From assembly GCA_900321515.1 (NCBI GenBank), contig ONWI01000026.1, positions 1 to 33,227 on the forward strand: a stretch of 33,227 bases of DNA, read 5' to 3'. This DNA is from an uncultured Eubacteriales bacterium. GTDB taxonomy: Bacteria > Bacillota > Clostridia > Oscillospirales > Acutalibacteraceae. The translations under genes and the position numbers were made by a program. Shown piece by piece: positions 26,350-33,227 of the stretch (within the stretch, counting starts at the first letter, position 1; every line of letters starts with the position of its first letter). The notes beneath the pieces are model-generated. The model was not told the DNA's origin, ran no database searches, and saw only the letters and a program-made list of their open reading frames with translations.

Positions 26350-27186
26350 TTATCCTCCCTGAACGGAGACGTGGCGCAGGGCTGTGGAGAGAATGAATTT
26401 TGAGATGAGGTAGAACCCTATGACCCAGCCGAACTGAATGGCAAGGTGCAGGGCGATTTCGCCTCCGGAATACTTGCCCATGTAGATCATCACTGGCGTG
26501 TAGCAAAGCGAAGAGAAGGGCATCCATTCCAGTACCTTCCGCAGTCCGTCCGGCATCAGTGCGAGAGGAACTACCGCGCCCGAAACAAAGCGCAGTATTC
26601 CGGATTTGATGATGTTGAAGCCCCAGAGATTTTTGAGGAAGAAAGCCATGAACCCAAAACAGACGTTCATGTAGAAGGAGAAGAGATAGCTCATCACCAT
26701 GCTCAGAAGATACAGCAGGAACGAGGTTATGTCAAACGCGAATCCGCCATACGCGTGGAATTTGTAGATTTCCACGCCGATCACCACCGGAGCGAATATC
26801 ATTGAGAAGATGAGCAGTTTCCAGCCGATCTCGGTAAAGAGAAACGTGCTGTGAAATCCGACCGGCTTGATAAGGCGCATGGCGATATTCCCGTCTTTGA
26901 CCTCTTCGCCTACGTCATAGGAACCGTCGCTGTCGGTGAGGAAATTTGTCAGCGCCGTGATGAAGAGGAACACAGTCATATCGGTCATGGTGAAGCCGTT
27001 TATCATTCCCTCACCGGATGAACTGTAGACTGCAAACCAGATGTAATACATCACCAGACAGTATACGATACTGCCGAAAAAAAACGCTATGAAATTAGTG
27101 CGGTAAATCATTGCCGTCTGAATACCCGACCGCATGAACGGCAGGTAAGTATTCAGGTATTTTTTGATGGATTTGAACGGGTGCAT
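26350..27186 (-). CDS. ABC-2 family permease (DUF990 type), subunit 1
   Basis: The ATG at 27186 (MHPFKSIKKYL...IYRTNF) lies 8 nt after AAGGAG. The track's extension to 27354 would overlap the esterase gene and is Ser/Thr-rich junk. Confidence 0.75.
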   Translation of the reverse strand: MHPFKSIKKYLNTYLPFMRSGIQTAMIYRTNFIAFFFGSIVYCLVMYYIWFAVYSSSGEGMINGFTMTDMTVFLFITALTNFLTDSDGSYDVGEEVKDGNIAMRLIKPVGFHSTFLFTEIGWKLLIFSMIFAPVVIGVEIYKFHAYGGFAFDITSFLLYLLSMVMSYLFSFYMNVCFGFMAFFLKNLWGFNIIKSGILRFVSGAVVPLALMPDGLRKVLEWMPFSSLCYTPVMIYMGKYSGGEIALHLAIQFGWVIGFYLISKFILSTALRHVSVQGG

Positions 27187-27205
27187 GTTGGATGCTCCTT
27201 TATAC

Positions 27206-27985
27206 TCACAGCTTAAATTTGAAGACTGCCCTTCGCAGGGCTTCGTTGAAGCAGAGAAAGTCGTGCTTTGCCTGCCACTGTTCAAATGTGTAGTCAATGC
27301 CGATTTGGTCAAGTTCTTTGGCGAAACTGATATGATCGGGGTAGAATTTATCATCTGTTCCGCAGGTCATGTAGATTTCCGGCAGGATTCCCTTTTGCCT
27401 GGCAGATTTGGCAAGTTCGGTCAGTTCGTATTCCGGCAGCCACTCCAAATCCTCTCCGAAGACAGAGGGAATGTCGTTAGCCAGCTGCTGTCCGAAAAGC
27501 CGTGTCGCTTCTTCGATGCCGTGCTCCTTCATGAAAGCAAGGTCGTTCCTGATAAAAAGACAGCCCGATGAAAACGCGCCGCACATTCCGTACTGCTCCG
27601 GTTTGGTGAGCGCGCATTTCAAAGCGCCGTAGCCTCCCATCGAAGCGCCCATGACGGCGGTGTTTTCACGGTCGGCGGAAATATTGAAGACGCTGCGGCA
27701 AATCTGCGGCAGCTCTTCCGTGATGAATGTGAAGTAGCGGAAGCCGTGCTTCATGTCAGTGTAAATGCTTCGTCCCGCGTCCGGCAAAATGTAGATCGTA
27801 TTGCCTCCCATGGCGTAGACCGGCAGCATGGAATAATCCAGCCAGCTGCTTGAATTGCCTCTGAGTCCGTGCAGAATATATGCGATCTTGTAAGGAGTAT
27901 CCTGCATAAGGTTATTTGGGGTGATGATGGATACAGGAGTGTCCATTTCGAGTATATTTGAATAAATCGTTCCGCTGAGTCTCAT
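27206..27985 (-). CDS. Esterase-family serine hydrolase (esterase D / tributyrin-esterase-like)
   Basis: The block YILHGLRGNSSSW and the nucleophile elbow GASMGGYGA are present. The start ATG overlaps the upstream stop (ATGA at 27982-27985). Confidence 0.8.
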   Translation of the reverse strand: MRLSGTIYSNILEMDTPVSIITPNNLMQDTPYKIAYILHGLRGNSSSWLDYSMLPVYAMGGNTIYILPDAGRSIYTDMKHGFRYFTFITEELPQICRSVFNISADRENTAVMGASMGGYGALKCALTKPEQYGMCGAFSSGCLFIRNDLAFMKEHGIEEATRLFGQQLANDIPSVFGEDLEWLPEYELTELAKSARQKGILPEIYMTCGTDDKFYPDHISFAKELDQIGIDYTFEQWQAKHDFLCFNEALRRAVFKFKL

Positions 27986-28926
27986 AGAGAATTACCTCCA
28001 TAGGATTTTATTCTGATGTCATTCAGTTCCTCTGCGGTAAGGCAGCGGGAACGGTACAGACGCAGATATTCTTTGGATACGTCGGAATCAAATATCAGCA
28101 CATCGTCGGAATTGATGGTGACGTCGATCCCGTGACGGTAAAGTTTTGCTATAGGGTGACCGGCGATGTCTGGTACCCTGCCCAAGAGAAAATTGCTGGA
28201 CGGCGTGATGTTGAGCCGTATTTTATTATTGGCAAGGTAATCCATCACTTCCTCGTCATTGACGGCAGCTATGCCGTGTTGCACTTCATCCAGATGAAGT
28301 GCCCTGACAGCGGTTAGAATATCCTGTGCCGTTCCCCATTCGCCAACGTGGGCTTTGAGTACCAATCCGTCGTCGGCAGCCTCGCGGTAAATGGGAATGA
28401 AGTTTTCAATCGGCTGAGCCAGCTCATCGCCGTAGAGGTCGATGGAATAAAATTCCTCTCGTCCTCTGAATTTTTTAAAGCAGTCCTCCAGGTAGTCGAT
28501 CGGGCAGTGACGCGACAGCCCGATTTGCAGACGAAGCTCGATTTCAGGGGCAATGCGATGGTGGATTTCCTGAAAAGCGTATATCAGCTCGCTCACATCA
28601 TTGTGGAAGAATTCACCCAGTCCCCATACGTCCTCTCCGATTTCCAGCATGGTAATGCCGTCGTATTTCGCTTGAACAAAGGTTGCTTCAATCAGAAAAC
28701 GCCGTCCTTCGGGACTGTTGAAATGTTTACCGATGTATCTGCAATTCCATTCGTCCATCTCGCGCATAGAGGCAAGCGGTCGTGTCACAGGGTTTACCTT
28801 GTGTCCTGTCTTTTGGAAAATGTAGTCCCTGTTGCCCCCGAGCACAAAATGACTGTGCAGGTCGGTTTTCGGTATTTTCCGGATGTTTTCCAGATTTTCA
28901 CTTTTGAGAGCATCCACAAAATTCAT
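27982..28926 (-). CDS. Adenosine/adenine-deaminase-family amidohydrolase (divergent)
   Basis: Family blocks are present: PKTDLHSHF (metal His pair), HVGEWG, VQHGIAAV and TINSDDVLIFDS. GAAAGGA RBS. Confidence 0.75.
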   Translation of the reverse strand: MNFVDALKSENLENIRKIPKTDLHSHFVLGGNRDYIFQKTGHKVNPVTRPLASMREMDEWNCRYIGKHFNSPEGRRFLIEATFVQAKYDGITMLEIGEDVWGLGEFFHNDVSELIYAFQEIHHRIAPEIELRLQIGLSRHCPIDYLEDCFKKFRGREEFYSIDLYGDELAQPIENFIPIYREAADDGLVLKAHVGEWGTAQDILTAVRALHLDEVQHGIAAVNDEEVMDYLANNKIRLNITPSSNFLLGRVPDIAGHPIAKLYRHGIDVTINSDDVLIFDSDVSKEYLRLYRSRCLTAEELNDIRIKSYGGNSL

Positions 28927-28956
28927 TGTAATATCCTTTCAAAATCATGTGGCAGG

Positions 28957-28985
28957 TTGACACTGTGCCAATTGTCATTTATAAT
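28957..28985 (+). promoter_or_regulatory. Consensus sigma-A promoter for the SPFH/zinc-ribbon gene
   Basis: TTGACA (28957-28962), an exact 17-nt spacer, then TATAAT (28980-28985). AGGAGG lies at 29010-29015. Confidence 0.7.
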
Positions 28986-29023
28986 AAAGCCGTAGTGTAA
29001 TCTATTGACAGGAGGTTTGAAAA

Positions 29024-30175
29024 ATGGGTATTATCAAAGCTGTTACAGGAGCTGTCGGCGGCGTTATGGCGGATCAATGGCTGGAAATGTATTACTGCGA
29101 CAGCATTCCGCAGGGAATTCTTGCGATCAGAGGCAAGAAGCATGTCAGTGAGCGCAGTTCCAACACTAAGGGCGATGAGAACGTTATAAGCGACGGCTCG
29201 GTTATTGTGGTGAATGAAGGGCAAAGCGCCATTGCAGTTGAGCAGGGTAAGGTTATCGGCTGCTACGCCCAGCCTGGCGAACATGTATTTCACGGCGGTC
29301 GCGCAAGCATATTTTCCTGCGGCGGCGTGAAGGGAATAGGGAAGGAGATATTCAGCCGAGTCGGTTTTGGCGGCGACGTTGCCATTCATCAGTACATCCT
29401 GTATATTGACATGAAGGAGCAGATGGGCAATCCCTTCACGGTCTCCTTCCCGATTTGTGTGACAGATGACGGGATTGGTATGCAATTGACCGCAACCGCG
29501 AAAGTAAAGGGCGTCTTTTCATTCAGGATAACTGAGCCGGGGACCTTTTATCAGAAAATATTCAGAGGCGCTTCTGGTACAATGACTGTGAGAGATGTGC
29601 TTCCCCAGCTTCAGGCAGAATATGCCACTGCTATGATGGAAGCGTCCGCGAAGCTCTTCGCGGGTTCACTCAGGCTGTCCGATATGCCGGGCAAGGTGGC
29701 TCAGATAGCCGACGCGGTGAGTGAGTGCATGACCGAAAAATGGGTGGGACTGCGTGGCTTCACGGTTGTTTCCACCGCGATTGAGAGTCTGACGGTCTGT
29801 GACGAGGACATGCGGGAAATTCAGACTGTTCAGCGTAGCAAGATTCTCCGCGACCCGACTATGGCTGCGGCGGCGCTGACCGGTGCCCAGGCGGAAGCAA
29901 TGACTGAGGCCGCGCGGAATGAGAATGGCGGCTTTGTCGCCGTGAGAGCGTTTTATCCGCCCGCTCCGGTCAATCCCGTTCCGTTGCCGAATGTAGCTTC
30001 AGCGCCGGAAGCCGGTAAATTGCCGAATGTTCCTGCCGCACCGAAACCTCAGCCTGCACAGAATATCTTTCTCTCGCCAGAGGATGAAAACAGACCAAGG
30101 CTGTGGTACTGCACGAACTGCCGTAAAATGATTACTTCAAAATTCTGTCCGGATTGCGGCGCGAAGCGCAAATAA
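29024..30175 (+). CDS. SPFH-domain protein with a C-terminal zinc ribbon (COG4260 / 'virion core protein'-like family)
   Basis: The N-terminus (MGIIKAVTGAVGGVMADQWLEMYYCD...SSNTKGDENVISDGSVIVVNEGQ) is typical of this family. A Pro-rich linker leads to CTNCRKMITSKFCPDCG. Confidence 0.75.
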   Translation: MGIIKAVTGAVGGVMADQWLEMYYCDSIPQGILAIRGKKHVSERSSNTKGDENVISDGSVIVVNEGQSAIAVEQGKVIGCYAQPGEHVFHGGRASIFSCGGVKGIGKEIFSRVGFGGDVAIHQYILYIDMKEQMGNPFTVSFPICVTDDGIGMQLTATAKVKGVFSFRITEPGTFYQKIFRGASGTMTVRDVLPQLQAEYATAMMEASAKLFAGSLRLSDMPGKVAQIADAVSECMTEKWVGLRGFTVVSTAIESLTVCDEDMREIQTVQRSKILRDPTMAAAALTGAQAEAMTEAARNENGGFVAVRAFYPPAPVNPVPLPNVASAPEAGKLPNVPAAPKPQPAQNIFLSPEDENRPRLWYCTNCRKMITSKFCPDCGAKRK

Positions 30176-30178
30176 TAA

Positions 30179-30619
30179 TCATTCCACTGTGAACTCAGTC
30201 CATTCGATATGGTTGTATTGCATAACGTCGTCAGAGAACTTCATGCCCAGTTTTTTATAAAATGGAACGGCATTTTCGTTTGCGATCAGATAAACCGCTA
30301 TATCCTTTTCACCGCCCGCGAGCTCGTGGGCGGTTTTCATCAATTCCCTGCCGATTCCCTGACGGGCATAATCGCGGTCAACGCCGAGGTCGGTCACATA
30401 CAGCCAGTAGGCGAAGTCGGTCAGACCCAGCAGCGCGCCCACTATTTTACCGTTTCCGTCAAGTGCGGCAAGGCTGATCGAAGCATTCTTCAGCAGGCGT
30501 GGAATCCTTTCCTCAAAGCGCTCCTTCGGATACTGGGAGCCGAGGTCTGTACGTTTTAAAAAGTCGATGTATTCCTCCGCCGTGAATCGGCGGTTTTCTA
30601 TTCTGATTTCATTATTCAT
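30179..30619 (-). CDS. GNAT-family N-acetyltransferase
   Basis: The ATG at 30619 lies 8 nt after GGAGGA. The acetyl-CoA motif RQGIGRELM is present. The track's start at 30781 would overlap the upstream GNAT gene. Confidence 0.8.
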   Translation of the reverse strand: MNNEIRIENRRFTAEEYIDFLKRTDLGSQYPKERFEERIPRLLKNASISLAALDGNGKIVGALLGLTDFAYWLYVTDLGVDRDYARQGIGRELMKTAHELAGGEKDIAVYLIANENAVPFYKKLGMKFSDDVMQYNHIEWTEFTVE

Positions 30620-30623
30620 TGAA

Positions 30624-31148
30624 TTATTCCTCCGTTTTGGCAGTAAACCTGAAGCGGCAGGTGGGACGTATCTCACCGTGATACATTGCGTTGCCTTCGA
30701 ATTCCATGACGAAGCCGCATTTTTCCATGACGCGGCGTGAAGCGCAGTTTTCGGCGGCGCATATTCCCATAATGTGGTCAAGACCGAATTGCTTCATTAT
30801 AACCGGCATGAATGCTTTTACCGCTTCGCTTGCGAAGCCTTTTCGGGCGAACGTCATTCCGATGTGGTAGCCGATTTCCCATTCTCCGTTTTCAAGCGGA
30901 ACAAGCTCAACATGACCGATGTTGCAGTCCTTTTCTTTGAGTATTACCGGATATACCTGAGGCGCTTCGGGATTGCCGTAATTTGCCGATAGATACTGAA
31001 TGGCATAAAGCGCGTCCTGCTCAGTTTCAAACACCTCGTCCGGCTGGAAACGACGGTTATTTTCATCAACTGACAGTTCGTGGACCGCCTGCGCCATATC
31101 GTCTGAAAAAGTCTGTATCAATAGCCTTTCCGATTCTGCAATTATCAT
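30624..31148 (-). CDS. GNAT-family N-acetyltransferase (RimJ/RimL-like)
   Basis: GGAGGTGA lies 6-7 nt upstream of the ATG, which sits 2 nt after the ABC ATPase stop. The motif ARKGFASEAVKA is present. Confidence 0.8.
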   Translation of the reverse strand: MIIAESERLLIQTFSDDMAQAVHELSVDENNRRFQPDEVFETEQDALYAIQYLSANYGNPEAPQVYPVILKEKDCNIGHVELVPLENGEWEIGYHIGMTFARKGFASEAVKAFMPVIMKQFGLDHIMGICAAENCASRRVMEKCGFVMEFEGNAMYHGEIRPTCRFRFTAKTEE

Positions 31149-31150
31149 AT

Positions 31151-32185
31151 TCAGCTCACCTCCGCGTCTTTTTCCTGAACTTCGCCCTTATAAAGCCTTC
31201 GGATTATCTCCTCTATGTCAGCGTCTTTAAGATTAACGTCCTTGACATGCAGAGTTCCGAGTGTATAATTGAGTATTTTTTCTACAGGTATCTTATCGGT
31301 ATTAAAATTCACAGTGACCATAGTGCCTTCTGTCTTTACTGAAAGATCTCCCTCTTCAATCGAACTGTCGGCGAAGGCTCCTGCGTAATCCAACGCGGAT
31401 ACTGCGGATTTGTCTGCGGCTTCAAAATTGAGTTCGCGCATTTGTCCGTATTTCTGCTTCAGATTGTAAAGGCTGCCGTCATAGACCTTCTTGCCGTGAT
31501 CTATCATAACGATTCTCTTGCATAGCATGGAAATGTCGTCGAGGTCGTGGGTTGTGAGAATGACGGTGGTCCCTTCTTGCTGGTTGATATATGTGACAGC
31601 CTTTCGGATGTTGTCCTTGACTACAACGTCAAGACCGATGGTCGGTTCGTCGAGAAAGAGCACCTTCGGATTGTGCAGGAGCGAGGCTGCTATATCGGCA
31701 CGCATCCGCTGCCCGAGTGAAAGTGTGCGTACAGGCGTCTTGATGAAGGACTGAAGCTCCAGTACTTCATCGAGAAAAGCCATCTGCTTTTTGTAGCGAT
31801 CGTCGTCTATTTCATATATTTCCTTAAGCACGCTGTATGTTTCTCCCAGCGGGAGATCCCACCAGAGCTGTGTCCGCTGTCCGAACACCACTCCGATTTC
31901 CTTGACGTAGCGCTTGCGGTTTTTGCGCGGATTCTGTCCGTTGATTATGCAGCTTCCGCCGGTGGGAGTGAGAATTCCGGTGAGCATTTTGATGACGGTG
32001 GATTTGCCTGCGCCGTTCGGACCGATAAAGCCGAGTATCTCTCCTTTGTCCACATGGAATGAAATGTCGTCAACCGCCTTGACAATTTCGGTCTGCGGTC
32101 TGAACAGCGACTTTACGCTTCCCATAAGTCCGGGCTGTTTTATTGTCTTCTTGAAGTATTTTTCGAGGTTCTGCACATGTATCAT
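31151..32185 (-). CDS. ABC transporter ATP-binding protein (COG4586 type, the usual partner of DUF990 permeases)
   Basis: Walker A (GPNGAGKST), the signature LSLGQRMR and Walker B (VLFLDEPT) are present, plus a roughly 100-aa C-terminal extension. Confidence 0.9.
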   Translation of the reverse strand: MIHVQNLEKYFKKTIKQPGLMGSVKSLFRPQTEIVKAVDDISFHVDKGEILGFIGPNGAGKSTVIKMLTGILTPTGGSCIINGQNPRKNRKRYVKEIGVVFGQRTQLWWDLPLGETYSVLKEIYEIDDDRYKKQMAFLDEVLELQSFIKTPVRTLSLGQRMRADIAASLLHNPKVLFLDEPTIGLDVVVKDNIRKAVTYINQQEGTTVILTTHDLDDISMLCKRIVMIDHGKKVYDGSLYNLKQKYGQMRELNFEAADKSAVSALDYAGAFADSSIEEGDLSVKTEGTMVTVNFNTDKIPVEKILNYTLGTLHVKDVNLKDADIEEIIRRLYKGEVQEKDAEVS

Positions 32186-32224
32186 TTTTCTTGCGCTCCC
32201 TTGTTCGTTTGCATTGTTATATCT

Positions 32225-32253
32225 AATATATCATTGCAGAAGTTTTATTGCAA
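32225..32253 (-). promoter_or_regulatory. Sigma-A promoter (extended -10) for the ABC ATPase-GNAT-GNAT string
   Basis: On the minus strand: TTGCAA (32253-32248), a 17-nt spacer ending in TGA, then TATATT (32230-32225). Confidence 0.55.
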
Positions 32254-32347
32254 GTGCGGCAAGGGATTCTTTATCTTTTTTTTAGAAAATTTATTCTGAA
32301 CAGGCTCTTACAGTGACGGGGAGAACGGGGCGCAAAAAAACACCGCA

Positions 32348-32392
32348 AAATACCGCAGGGCCATGAGTAATAGTCATTGACCTGCGGTATTT
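32348..32392 (-). terminator. Intrinsic terminator after the 32422 ORF
   Basis: The stem AAATACCGCAGG (32348-32359) and CCTGCGGTATTT (32381-32392) is followed by a T-rich tract on the minus strand (TGCGGTGTTTTTTT). Confidence 0.7.
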
Positions 32393-32421
32393 ATAGAGAC
32401 TGTTTAGTGAGGATTGCACTG

Positions 32422-32820
32422 TCAGATATAGCTTTCCGCTTCTTCACGGCTGAGTCCGTGTTCTTTCATGAGAATATCACGGAGCTTATCGTTGTCGTAG
32501 CCAAAGCTGCGCAGCAAGTCAACCGTGCCTTTTATGCTGCGATGTCCGGTACGCTCGGCGCCATTGCGCATTTCCTGCATCATGCCGGTCATCACTCTTT
32601 CGGTCATTTCACGATCACGGTATGGTGTAACGATATGCTGGTCACATTCCTGAGAAATATCCTCCGGGGTTGCTTTTTCATTTTCACTTAACACTTTAAA
32701 AACCTTCCCTTCACTGTGAATATAGTGCAAACAGATCATACGCCGTCCAAGGATGAGTATGAAGCGTCCGGCACCATTAATTCCGGAACGGCAAACAGTT
32801 CCGGACGTTCCATAGGGCAT
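32422..32820 (-). CDS. Hypothetical protein with uncertain start
   Basis: The ORF ends just upstream of a good terminator. None of the candidate starts (GTG 32823, ATG 32820, ATG 32739) has a convincing RBS. I recognise no family. Confidence 0.35.
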   Translation of the reverse strand: MPYGTSGTVCRSGINGAGRFILILGRRMICLHYIHSEGKVFKVLSENEKATPEDISQECDQHIVTPYRDREMTERVMTGMMQEMRNGAERTGHRSIKGTVDLLRSFGYDNDKLRDILMKEHGLSREEAESYI

Positions 32821-32985
32821 CACTGTCTATAAGTGCATTTTACCAGTTTTATATGAATTTTTCAACTGTCGGTGAAACAAAAGAAAAATTAATTTGCAAA
32901 ATATATATCCGATGTTTTCGGGGCACCGGATTTAATGAAATGTAAAATAATTTTTTCTGATATGTAAAAAATATTGAGAAACCAC

Positions 32986-33014
32986 TTGTAAAACAAAATT
33001 CTATGGATTATAAT
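32986..33014 (+). promoter_or_regulatory. Sigma-A promoter for the last (partial) gene
   Basis: TTGTAA (32986-32991), a 17-nt spacer, then TATAAT (33009-33014). The leader is roughly 90-100 nt. Confidence 0.55.
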
Positions 33015-33112
33015 GATTTCAATTATACATTAAGAGTCTGTGCAGTTTTTCGGCGTGTGCGGAGATATAATGAACAGGCTCTAAGGCAAAGGCGATTATG
33101 AGGTGAAGGAGA

Positions 33113-33227
33113 ATGGAACGCGCGGAACAGGCGGTTAATTTCAAGCACAACGGAAACAACTGCTGTCAGGCAGTGCTTATGGCTTACGCCGACAGAATAG
33201 ATATATCAGAGCAGCAGATCAAGCGGC
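33113..33227 (+). CDS. C_GCAxxG_C_C-family-like protein, 3' partial
   Basis: The ATG lies 7 nt after GAGGTG. My translation, MERAEQAVNFKHNGNNCCQAVLMAYADRIDISEQQIKR, resembles the N-terminal F..G.NC.Q.VL.A[FY].D block of that family. The ORF runs off the window. Confidence 0.45.
   Translation, partial: MERAEQAVNFKHNGNNCCQAVLMAYADRIDISEQQIKR

Noticed and set aside
27187-27354. 5' extension of permease 1 (56 extra codons)
   Set aside because: It would overlap the esterase coding region. The sequence is Ser/Thr-rich with no TM character, and the internal ATG at 27186 has AAGGAG 8 nt upstream.
27982-28926. Adenosine deaminase as part of a RADAR-like anti-phage system
   Set aside because: RADAR deaminases are much larger and are paired with a large RdrA ATPase. 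This protein is of ordinary ADA size, and its neighbours are an esterase and transporter genes.
30620-30781. 5' extension of the second GNAT ORF
   Set aside because: It overlaps the 3' end of the first GNAT gene in another frame. The ATG at 30619 has GGAGGA 8 nt upstream.

Overview
This window looks like chromosomal DNA from a Firmicutes/Clostridia-type organism. The evidence is GGAGG-type ribosome binding sites, TTGACA-17-TATAAT promoters, stem-loop plus T-tract terminators, NfnAB-type redox genes, and Cthe_2159-like and Mbeg1-like proteins. I support about 30 protein genes. On the + strand these are a 5'-truncated tandem-repeat protein, a P-type-ATPase-like membrane protein with every catalytic motif substituted, greA, plsC and a BspA-type LRR protein. 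ilvD follows on the - strand. A low-GC stretch (about 8.1-13.9 kb) then holds a 540-bp non-coding region packed with GTGGAAAA motifs, a small GC-rich ORF, a GT-C-like plus GT2 glycosylation pair and two tandem paralogous lipoproteins. A long minus-strand block follows: alaA, Mbeg1-like hydrolase, nfnB, a membrane-anchored LRR protein, nfnA, a beta-helix lipoprotein, comEC, a phosphoribosyltransferase, a HIT protein, two ABC-2 permeases, an esterase and an adenosine-deaminase-like protein. Next come one + strand SPFH/zinc-ribbon gene, two GNATs, the ABC ATPase, a small hypothetical ORF and a 3'-truncated C_GCAxxG_C_C-like ORF. I saw no rRNA, tRNA, CRISPR array, transposase, integrase or phage genes, and no canonical defence system. 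The points most worth a second look are the catalytically dead P1B-ATPase homologue next to the repeat protein, the low-GC LRR gene sitting between nfnA and nfnB, and the ABC transporter whose ATPase is separated from its permeases by about 4 kb of unrelated genes. The GTGGAAAA/DnaA-box-like motif cluster also belongs on that list. All functional calls come from reading motifs by eye, with no database search, so family names are hypotheses to confirm.
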